This document shows, piece after piece, positions 18,247 through 26,010 of a DNA stretch of 41,283 nt. The notes below the pieces were generated by a model. The model was not told where the DNA came from and made no database searches. It saw nothing but the letters and a program-made list of their open reading frames with translations. Positions within the stretch are counted from its first letter, which is position 1. Each line of letters begins with the position of its first letter. The DNA is from a virus. Its lineage: Duplodnaviria > Caudoviricetes. Where the stretch lies: the IMG/VR virus record IMGVR_UViG_3300032253_000010, positions 1-41,283 of that record. One strand, written 5' to 3'. A program made the position numbers and the translations under genes.

Positions 18247-19242
18247 ATGGATTTAATTGAGCAGTATTTAGAGTGGAAACAGTTTAACCAGGGCAGGTCT
18301 ATTGGTACTTGCGTTAAATATCGGTGTTATTTAAAGCGGTTAAGTGACTCTTTACCTGGTGAATTAGTTGATGCTGAAAAAGAACAATTAGAGGCTTTTG
18401 TGGGTATCGATGCACATAAGGAAGGCCTGGCACCTAAGAGCCGCAGGGCAATGGTGGCAGCTATTCGTGGTTTTTATTCCTGGTTATTACGTGAAAAGAA
18501 GATATCGGTTAACCCGGCTTCAATAATTGAATATCCGACTGCAGGTAATAAGTTGCCCATTGCGGCCAGTTTAAATACTGCTGAAAAATTATTAATGGCA
18601 CCTGACCTTAATACTTTAAAAGGTGTTAGAGATGCTGCTATTTTAGCGGTGCTTATTGGTGGCGGTTTAAGAATATCAGGATTGTGTAGATTAAATGAAA
18701 GTCATATGTTGTGGTTTAAAGAAGCTGATGGATCGGAACGCTTAGTTCTTAAAGTAACTGAGAAAGGTAACAAAGAAAGATTGTTACCTATGACATCTGA
18801 GGCAAGGTTATTGATTAGGGCATACCTCGGGCATCCAGATCTTAAGTATATTGATCGCACATTAAATGATAGCGACAAGGTGCTGTTTGTTTCATTCAGA
18901 AATAGAACTATCCCTGAGTATGATTATCACGGTGAGCGTCGGCGCCTTTCGGCCAGGTCTATTCATGACATGATTCAACTATATGGTAAGCAGCAAGGTT
19001 TACCGGTAAACCAGCTTCACCCTCATGCAATGCGTCATCTATTCGGTACCGAACTGGCAGAGTCAGATATGGACCTACTTAAAAGCCAAACATTATTAGG
19101 TCACTCAGACCCTAAGACCAGCGCTATATACATGAAGCTAGCAATTAGAAAGCTGGCTAAGGTGGTAGATATTGCCAGCCCACTGAGAAAGATTAAAACA
19201 CCTGTATCAGAGCTTGCCCAACATATTGAGAATAAAAAATGA
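18247..19242 (+). CDS. XerC/D-like tyrosine recombinase
   Basis: N-terminal SAM-like domain; RDAAIL..GGLRISG, EKG, HPHAMRH, LLGH, SAIY. Confidence 0.92.
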   Translation: MDLIEQYLEWKQFNQGRSIGTCVKYRCYLKRLSDSLPGELVDAEKEQLEAFVGIDAHKEGLAPKSRRAMVAAIRGFYSWLLREKKISVNPASIIEYPTAGNKLPIAASLNTAEKLLMAPDLNTLKGVRDAAILAVLIGGGLRISGLCRLNESHMLWFKEADGSERLVLKVTEKGNKERLLPMTSEARLLIRAYLGHPDLKYIDRTLNDSDKVLFVSFRNRTIPEYDYHGERRRLSARSIHDMIQLYGKQQGLPVNQLHPHAMRHLFGTELAESDMDLLKSQTLLGHSDPKTSAIYMKLAIRKLAKVVDIASPLRKIKTPVSELAQHIENKK

Positions 19243-19399
19243 CACGTCTATTTAGGCACGTCAGCGGCATAGAACTTATATACCATGGGGTTAGCTATAT
19301 TCTCACAGGCCTGTTGCTCTGCCCTCGCAGCATGGGTGTGCACCTCTCTGAAACTTGCCTTTATAACGGCCTAACTGTTTCAACTACCTTAGAACTTTC

Positions 19400-19428
19400 A
19401 ACTGCGTCTTATTACATAAGGCGCAGTT
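19400..19428. other. Candidate tyrosine-recombinase site (29-bp near-perfect palindrome)
   Basis: AACTGCGTCTTAT-TAC-ATAAGGCGCAGTT; arms 12/13 complementary; 157 bp after the XerC-like gene. Confidence 0.55.
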
Positions 19429-19467
19429 CAATAGGGCTCAAAGACCAACTATCAATAGGTTACGATC

Positions 19468-19956
19468 ATGTCTGATGATGAAAAGCGCAGTACAGATAAA
19501 GAAGTACACCTGGTTAACTCAAACAATAAGCCATGTACTCAAGGGGTGGGGGGTCGGCATAGGGAAAGTCAATCCCCTTTCGAGGTAGGAGGGTACCTAG
19601 ATATCTGCAATATTTCTGATTTTGACTTTACGGCAACCATTCGAAAAAACGACCCGCGAATTAAACAATTAATTGAAATGGGTATAGGTAAAGAATGGGT
19701 CAGATACGCATCGATTGCCGGTTATGAGGCATTTATTGCTTTATGGGTAGTCATTGGCAAAGATGAATCAGTTAGAGTTCGTATGCCTCCATTTTCAAAA
19801 TTTCGTCGATTCCAACGTAATCAACTTATTAAGCAGCTTTCTGCGGAAGGGTTACGTACAGACCAGATAAAAAAACATATCAAAAAACACTTATGTGAAG
19901 ATGTAAGCCTTCGTCACATAGATCGTATTTGTGCGAAGAGTAAAATAAAAAAATGA
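19468..19956 (+). CDS. Mor/C-like late transcription activator
   Basis: IAGYEAFIALW..VRMP..RNQLIKQL.. plus C-terminal HTH (VSLRHIDRI). Start position uncertain. Confidence 0.6.
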   Translation: MSDDEKRSTDKEVHLVNSNNKPCTQGVGGRHRESQSPFEVGGYLDICNISDFDFTATIRKNDPRIKQLIEMGIGKEWVRYASIAGYEAFIALWVVIGKDESVRVRMPPFSKFRRFQRNQLIKQLSAEGLRTDQIKKHIKKHLCEDVSLRHIDRICAKSKIKK

Positions 19957-21575
19957 GTGAAAAAACCGCTGTTATTTATGCCAGAGTTTCTGATAAAAAA
20001 CAGGTCGAAAATGACATATCAATACCTGGGCAAATTGAAAGAGGACACGAAAAGGCATTATCCTTAAAGTCTAGCGTATTACAGGTTTTTACTGATGAAG
20101 GGATATCAGGAAGATCTGATAATCGCCCAAGTTTTGAGGCTGCTATTGATTTTTGTGAAATATATAAAGTCGATTATTTTATTTGTTGGTCGAGTAGTAG
20201 ATTTGCTCGAAACAGATTTAATGCAGCAATATATAAGAGACGACTAGACAATTGCGGAACTAAACTCGAGTACTTAACTTTTTCTGTTGATAGGGATACC
20301 GATTCAGGCCGATTGCTTGATGGGTTTCTTGAGATAATGGATGAGCATAAATCTGTTCAAACATCTAAAGACACGATTCGTTCACTCATTCGAAATGCTC
20401 AGTTAGGTTATTGGAATGGTGGTCGACCCGCATTCGGTTTTAAGGTTGTTCCTGCAGAAGACAACCCAAAGAAAAAACGATTAGCAGTAAATAATGAAGA
20501 ATCTTATGTAGTTAAAAAAATATTCGAATTAAGGTGCGAGGGATATGGTATTAGAACAATAGCTCAGTGGCTGAATGAAAATAATCATTTTAATAGATCT
20601 AACACCTGGAAAAAAAACACCATAGCAAATTTACTAAATAATATGGCCGTATTAGGTAAAACTGCTTTTGGAAAAACATCAAAGACAACGGGTAAAAAAC
20701 AACCTAGAGAAAATTGGATTATTGCAGATAGTCATGAAGCAATAATTACACAGGAGTTATGGGATAAAGCTCATTCAGAGATGGATAATGATAATTTGAA
20801 TACCCGAACATCATCATCTAAAAGTATGTATAAATTTACCGGTCTATTGAAATGCGGTGAATGTGGTGCTGCGATGCATACAGAAAGTGCGAAAGGTAGA
20901 ACAAGGCGTTATTGGTATTACAATTGTAGTGCATCGAAATTAAAAAAATCACATCCTCCTAGACGCTTGCCAGCTGTTGAAATAGATGATTTTTTAGTTG
21001 AATGCATTGTTACAAATATTTTCACCCGTGAAACTTTGACTGGAATATTGACCGATTTATATGATGTGTCTAACAGGTGGTTACATGACCACTCAGAACG
21101 GAGGTTATCAGTCCTTAATTCAATTAAAGGTATACAGAAAAAACTCGATAATTTATATTCGACATTAGAATTATTTGGTAAAGATGCTCCAAATTTGGGT
21201 GACTTAACAAAGAGATTAAGGCAACACAATACTCAGATTAAAGTATTTGAGGGGAAGTTAAATATTATTGATAAAGAAGAGCCACCAAAAGTGGATGTGA
21301 CAGATGAAGACGTTACTCAATTATTAGAATTTTTGATAAAAACAATCAGAGAGTCTGATGATCCTAAGAAAGTGAGAATGTTCTTTAAAACTTTTATTCA
21401 GAATGTTGTTGTTGAAAGTAAATCATTGAAGATCACATATGACCCTCAGAGACTAGTGAACCGTCCCGAATGGACGGTTCCCAGTACAAGAATTTGGCTC
21501 CCCGAACGGGACTTGCTGGGAACCAAAGTTATAAAACTTGATTTACCTGAAAAACTACAGAAAAAAGCTGCTTAA
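19953..21575 (+). CDS. Large serine recombinase (integrase)
   Basis: YARVS catalytic Ser, DEGISG, SRFAR, recombinase domain GYWNGGRPAFGF, Zn ribbon LKCGECG..YYNC, coiled coil. Confidence 0.95.
   Translation: MSEKTAVIYARVSDKKQVENDISIPGQIERGHEKALSLKSSVLQVFTDEGISGRSDNRPSFEAAIDFCEIYKVDYFICWSSSRFARNRFNAAIYKRRLDNCGTKLEYLTFSVDRDTDSGRLLDGFLEIMDEHKSVQTSKDTIRSLIRNAQLGYWNGGRPAFGFKVVPAEDNPKKKRLAVNNEESYVVKKIFELRCEGYGIRTIAQWLNENNHFNRSNTWKKNTIANLLNNMAVLGKTAFGKTSKTTGKKQPRENWIIADSHEAIITQELWDKAHSEMDNDNLNTRTSSSKSMYKFTGLLKCGECGAAMHTESAKGRTRRYWYYNCSASKLKKSHPPRRLPAVEIDDFLVECIVTNIFTRETLTGILTDLYDVSNRWLHDHSERRLSVLNSIKGIQKKLDNLYSTLELFGKDAPNLGDLTKRLRQHNTQIKVFEGKLNIIDKEEPPKVDVTDEDVTQLLEFLIKTIRESDDPKKVRMFFKTFIQNVVVESKSLKITYDPQRLVNRPEWTVPSTRIWLPERDLLGTKVIKLDLPEKLQKKAA
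21476..21524. other. Putative attP inside the serine recombinase gene, carrying a tRNA 3'-end fragment (Asn-like)
   Basis: Minus strand 21515-21495 reads CAAGT-CCCGT-TCGGGGA-G-CCA (T-loop part, T-stem, acceptor strand, discriminator, CCA). It is flanked by a perfect 9-bp inverted repeat GGTTCCCAG/CTGGGAACC. Adjacent 9-bp hairpin at 21458-21480. Confidence 0.75.
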
Positions 21576-21583
21576 TCAATAAG

Positions 21584-21676
21584 TTAAATTTCTTCTATAT
21601 GTTGGTATTTGATGCAGTATCTGCAAACCGTGGCTTAATATTTTATTGATTCTGCACAGAATTTACAGTTTTTCAT
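21584..21676 (-). pseudogene. Zinc-ribbon gene remnant
   Basis: MKNCKFCAESIKY*ATVCRYC...: double CxxC interrupted by TAA at 21635-21637. The ATG abuts the upstream stop. Confidence 0.6.
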
Positions 21677-22123
21677 TTATTGTTTTGGTTGCGTATTTTC
21701 TTTGGTATCAGATTGAATCTTTTGTTGCAAAGGCTGAAGCCAAAAAACAGCAACAACGACGACTATAATGCCGACAACTAAAGGAAGCAAAAAATGCTGG
21801 ACTAGCCATGGTTTTTCTTTCTTATTGGTTTTTTGAGCGTCTATCTCCTTTTGTATATCATCTGGTACTTCACCCATGGAAATGCCAACACCAACAGGGC
21901 CATTCATTTTTACTTTGCTATTAACGATTTTACCTGTACCTGTTTTGTCGTGTATTCCAATTCCATTTTCCATAGTTACGTCAGCATTATAAACTTCCGG
22001 TCTGTTTGGTTGTATTGACTTGCCACCAATACTATTACCTTGTCCACCGCCAATAGTATTTCCAGATCCTCCAGATATGGAGTTGTCCTTGCCACCATTG
22101 ATAGTGTTGTTGTCATCACTCAT
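21677..22123 (-). CDS. Membrane-anchored protein with N-terminal GGxxNxI repeats
   Basis: NTINGGKDNSISGGSGNTIGGGQGNSIGG; TM helix FLLPLVVGIIVVVVAVFWL. Confidence 0.7.
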   Translation of the reverse strand: MSDDNNTINGGKDNSISGGSGNTIGGGQGNSIGGKSIQPNRPEVYNADVTMENGIGIHDKTGTGKIVNSKVKMNGPVGVGISMGEVPDDIQKEIDAQKTNKKEKPWLVQHFLLPLVVGIIVVVVAVFWLQPLQQKIQSDTKENTQPKQ

Positions 22124-22275
22124 AATTTTTAAAATCTCTTATTATATCGGAAACTTTGCTTGCCATTTCTTTTAAACAGGGAACAACTAGATTACCTTTA
22201 ATAGTTTCAACATCTCCGAACGTAAGAGCCATTAAGAACTAAAAAAATGGTTGTTGTCCACCTCAGGGCGTGTTG

Positions 22276-23088
22276 TTAGCTTTTTAGTGGTGTGTTTAGT
22301 AATTTATTAATAAATTCATCTGGTCCAGCAAACCCAACACCTTCAAAAATACAATCTTCAAATACAGTATGATATATACCGATAGCACCAATATGTCCAT
22401 TATCAGAAGATGGGTTTGGCTGCCAAATAATCGACTTAATAGAGTCACCAACAGCAAATGAACAGTTTCCTATTGTACAGTTACCCATATGAAATAAGAT
22501 TCCCGGCCCCCTAATAATGGCATTTCTAAAGTATTTTCCAGCAATTATATTCGTTTCAGTTGTAATGTCAGATAATCGGATTAGTTTACGTTGATCTAAA
22601 TCGATATTTAAAGCAGTCTCAATTTCCGATTGAAATGTAGTCCACGATGCCTCAAAAGCCTGCTTTAATTCTGATTCGTTGCGTTTCCCTGTCGGTAATA
22701 TTTCGTTAATTTCAATCACAAGTTTTTCAATATCATGTTTATTTGCTTGCGTATGTTGAAACTGTGAAAGTGGTGACCCCTGTAAATGCTCTGGACTAAG
22801 ATCGTCTAACAGTAATGTCCATACTTTGGGCTTGTCAGTAGTTTTTGATAATGCACCGGCTTCAAATAGTAACCATGGCTCTTCATAATTATCTTTAGTC
22901 AAACAAATTATACCTTGTTGAGATTTGCATAACTTTTCAAACAAATCTGTACTCCATTGACCGCCTTTTTTAAGATCTTCTGATGATAAAAAAGGAGCAG
23001 TGGTTGGAAATATTTGACGTAGAAAGACTTTAGTTGCAATAGCTACTTTCTGACTTATGGATCCAGACCAACTTAAAAAGATATCCAA
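22276..23088 (-). CDS. TIR-domain protein with an unrecognised beta-rich C-terminal domain
   Basis: IFLSWSG, DLKKGGQW, GIICLT, PWLLFEAGAL (catalytic Glu). TTG start with AAGGAG RBS. Low GC, opposite strand. Confidence 0.9.
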   Translation of the reverse strand: MDIFLSWSGSISQKVAIATKVFLRQIFPTTAPFLSSEDLKKGGQWSTDLFEKLCKSQQGIICLTKDNYEEPWLLFEAGALSKTTDKPKVWTLLLDDLSPEHLQGSPLSQFQHTQANKHDIEKLVIEINEILPTGKRNESELKQAFEASWTTFQSEIETALNIDLDQRKLIRLSDITTETNIIAGKYFRNAIIRGPGILFHMGNCTIGNCSFAVGDSIKSIIWQPNPSSDNGHIGAIGIYHTVFEDCIFEGVGFAGPDEFINKLLNTPLKS

Positions 23089-23333
23089 TTTTATACTCCT
23101 TTTTTATTTTATAAAGCTAACTAATATCGGTAACAACTAATACTTAGATGTAAGTTATTGTTTCTAAATCACATTACCCGATTGCTGTCTATTAACAATA
23201 AGAGCATATCTTGACAGGCCAGATCGCTACTAAAAACACCCTATGTGGCAAAAATTATTATTTATATGTCTGCTTTAAAATAGGTGGTTACCGACCATCA
23301 TCTATTAGCCGTAGCTGCCATGTGGCCATTTTA

Positions 23334-23357
23334 GACCATAACGTCCCTTATTATGTC
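23334..23357 (+). promoter_or_regulatory. Late-promoter dyad box 1
   Basis: GACCATAACGTCCCTTATTATGTC, 26 bp before the terS start; shared with 30024 and 32332. Confidence 0.75.
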
Positions 23358-23383
23358 TTTATTTTTTCAACAAAATACGGCAT

Positions 23384-24325
23384 ATGGGAAAACCTCGTTT
23401 ATTGCCTTTGTTGGAAGTTTATTTTAAGTGCCATTCTTGTGGGCATGATTTTAAGGCTGTGCCTGGTGAAACGGTTGAGGCGCCTGATTGTTGGTGGCAT
23501 CCGTTTGAGTATTCTTGCGCGTGTGAAAAGTGCGGTGATGATGCGGTGCAGCATGGGCGTGAGGTTGGTTTATTAAAAGCTCATGCTATGTCCACAGGGC
23601 CTCGAACGACTGAGGGCAAGGCCGCATCAGCTAAAAACATTGAAGGTCATCCTACGCCTGAAGAGGCACAACAAACGCGGTTTAATGCCTTAAAACATGG
23701 CATGTATGCTCAAACGGCTACCTATTTTCCGGCTCGGCCTGGTAAATATGCTATCTGTGATGGTTGTAATTATCACGGTCATGAATGCAGAGAATACTCA
23801 GATGATAACCCGCCGGCTTGTTTGCGCCGTGTAGAGTTATTTATGAAACACCAGATGGCATTTGATGCCAAAGACCCGTCAATGTTGACCTCATTACGCT
23901 CGGGAACCCAGGCCGCCATTCAAGCCATGATCGATGAAATGATTATGACGATTGCTGCAGATGGTGGGCCGCGTATTAAATCGGTTGAGTGGTACCACGA
24001 TAAAGATGGTGGTTTTCATCTGGCCAAATACAGAGATGAAAATGACGTACCACACCAAATTCATAAGCTTGAAGAGCATCCGCTTTTAAAGCGATTAATT
24101 GATTATATTGCTAAAAATAACCTCACGCTTTCAGATATGGGTATGACACCCAAAGTGCAAGAAGACCAGGATATTTTACGCGGTCATTTAGCGGATGATG
24201 AAAAGGAAAAAGAATCTGTTAAAAATTATATGAAAGGCATAGAGCAAAAGCAAAGTAACTTAATGGAGTTAATTAGTAATAGCTATGAAAATGATATAGA
24301 AGACGCGGTGATTGTTGATGGCTGA
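23384..24325 (+). CDS. Putative terminase small subunit with Cys-rich segments
   Basis: First late gene, overlaps terL. STGPRTTEGKAAS and NALKHGMY motifs. CHSC, CEKC and CDGC motifs. Confidence 0.6.
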   Translation: MGKPRLLPLLEVYFKCHSCGHDFKAVPGETVEAPDCWWHPFEYSCACEKCGDDAVQHGREVGLLKAHAMSTGPRTTEGKAASAKNIEGHPTPEEAQQTRFNALKHGMYAQTATYFPARPGKYAICDGCNYHGHECREYSDDNPPACLRRVELFMKHQMAFDAKDPSMLTSLRSGTQAAIQAMIDEMIMTIAADGGPRIKSVEWYHDKDGGFHLAKYRDENDVPHQIHKLEEHPLLKRLIDYIAKNNLTLSDMGMTPKVQEDQDILRGHLADDEKEKESVKNYMKGIEQKQSNLMELISNSYENDIEDAVIVDG

Positions 24326-26006
24326 ACGTGTAACAGCAACTCAGCGCTTAAAAATACAGAATGTTGCTGAGTGTGAGATTAATCGTTATGCAGGCAACCA
24401 TGCCATGTGGCATAAGCATGTTCACAATATTGATTTAGATGCTGTGCAAATATTAAAAATGATTGAAATGGATGATCATCCGAATACGTTAGATTTTAGC
24501 AGTAGAAGAACACGTAAAACCTCATGCAAAGAACTATACAACCTCAAATACCTGGCAACACATAAAGACCAGGAATTAGGCATAGTTGCACCAAGAGAAG
24601 CCCAGTCATTAACCAATTTAAATTACCACATGGACGCAATTAGACGGTCTGAAATACTAACGGCAAGTTTAATGTATAAAAATGGCCGCGCTCAAATCAG
24701 TGACACAAAGTATGAATTTATGAACCGTAGTAAAGCATCGGCTTATGGAATTATGGCTCAAGTTGATGGTGGCGATTTAACGATGGCCTCATTAGAAGAA
24801 GTAGATGACATGCCTAAAGATAGGCTGTATTCGCGTTTTCTATTAATGCTTGGTGCAACTGAAAGGCTTGGCGCCAGTAAAGACAGTGAGAATAAACCTC
24901 AAATACGAATTACAGGTGTTTATAAGGGTGCAGATACGTTAACCGAGTTGCTTGATAGCGGTAGTTATTATGTAATTGGTGCACATAAAGGTAATTCAAT
25001 TCGCAAAGTTTTGCAGTTCATGATTAATAAAGGCTGGCTTAATCCTGACTGTGTAGATTTGGAAAATTACAATTATCCTATTCCTATTTTGCATGCAATT
25101 AATGGAATAAAACTAAAGTTACTTAATGAAGTTTTCATTAAGGATATGAAAAAACAGCTATCAGATGATGAATTTACCCGCCAACTACTTTGCATAAACA
25201 CATCATCACGAAACTTAATATGGGAAATTTACTTACGCAGAGCATTGCAGGTTGGTTTACAAGCGGGGCTTGAATTAGCTACACCGTTACCCGGAGAAAA
25301 ATATAAAAAACGAGGTTTGGTTTCATTTGGTTATGACCATTCCGGACATGGCGAAAACCCAGCTTCATCAAAATACGGTTTTGTTGTGCTCGAGCAGCTA
25401 GGTAATTTTAGCGTGCCGATATTTGTAAAAACATGGCCACCTGGCACAGATGAAATTATTGTTCAGCGTGATCTGGTTGGCTTCTGGCGATATTTCGACC
25501 CAGACATTGCCAATGGTGATGCGTTTGGCATTGGCATGATGACCAATTTAAATGATGATTTATTTCGTTTAGGTTTAACCTCTATAGACAGGCGAACAAT
25601 TGGTGATGGTGAATCAACCGCCTCTACCTGGGGAGAGTGGCCATTTGCGCCCATGCGCTTTGAAGGCATGATAAAACACCAAATGGCAACCACAGTAAAA
25701 TCTAGTTTTCATAATACACAGGCTGCATTGCCGTATATAGATGACCGTGATTTAGACGACCCTGAAACTGAAGACTATCGCCTTTTACTGCGCCAGTTAC
25801 TCAACATCGTGCCAGAAGAAACCAGCAAATCTTACTCAAGTTACAAAATGGCTAAAAAGTCTGTGGGAGATGATTTATTTGATTCTTACATGGCAGCGCA
25901 ATGGGGCTTAACAACCAGAGGCGTCACAATTATTCCTACTGCCATTGTTTTGGGCACAAGTACACGCGCTAAGTTACTGGGGCAGCAGCAAGTTATTGGA
26001 GGTTAA
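24318..26006 (+). CDS. terL: Terminase large subunit (divergent)
   Basis: Walker A-like SSRRTRKT, GIVAP, Walker B-like LEEVDD, nuclease FGYDH..GDAFG..DDLFDS. Lies upstream of the portal. Confidence 0.75.
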   Translation: MAERVTATQRLKIQNVAECEINRYAGNHAMWHKHVHNIDLDAVQILKMIEMDDHPNTLDFSSRRTRKTSCKELYNLKYLATHKDQELGIVAPREAQSLTNLNYHMDAIRRSEILTASLMYKNGRAQISDTKYEFMNRSKASAYGIMAQVDGGDLTMASLEEVDDMPKDRLYSRFLLMLGATERLGASKDSENKPQIRITGVYKGADTLTELLDSGSYYVIGAHKGNSIRKVLQFMINKGWLNPDCVDLENYNYPIPILHAINGIKLKLLNEVFIKDMKKQLSDDEFTRQLLCINTSSRNLIWEIYLRRALQVGLQAGLELATPLPGEKYKKRGLVSFGYDHSGHGENPASSKYGFVVLEQLGNFSVPIFVKTWPPGTDEIIVQRDLVGFWRYFDPDIANGDAFGIGMMTNLNDDLFRLGLTSIDRRTIGDGESTASTWGEWPFAPMRFEGMIKHQMATTVKSSFHNTQAALPYIDDRDLDDPETEDYRLLLRQLLNIVPEETSKSYSSYKMAKKSVGDDLFDSYMAAQWGLTTRGVTIIPTAIVLGTSTRAKLLGQQQVIGG

Positions 26007-26010
26007 AATC

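Noticed and set aside
17717-18256. 179-aa ORF between primase and XerC-like gene
   Set aside because: It overlies iterons, homopolymer runs and an AT-rich core, and its composition is unlike a protein. Better explained as the origin.
19400-19428. Protelomerase telRL site
   Set aside because: The palindrome is short and imperfect, and neither Tyr recombinase has the size or features of a protelomerase.
19239-19475. 78-aa ORF after the XerC-like gene
   Set aside because: No recognisable motif, and it overlaps the palindromic candidate recombination site. Not supported as a gene.
19542-19600. G-rich tract as a cos/pac site or G-quadruplex
   Set aside because: It is far from terS and lies inside the Mor-like ORF; no supporting evidence from sequence alone.
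21495-21515. Complete tRNA gene
   Set aside because: Only the 3' 21 nt fit a tRNA; there is no D arm or anticodon arm. Treated as an att fragment.
22124-22275. Complete attC site downstream of the TIR gene
   Set aside because: An inverse-core-like start is present, but I could not find matching L boxes or a complementary distal core. Reported only as a remnant.
23211-23576. 121-aa ORF overlapping terS
   Set aside because: It spans the late-promoter box and overlaps terS out of frame, with no RBS.
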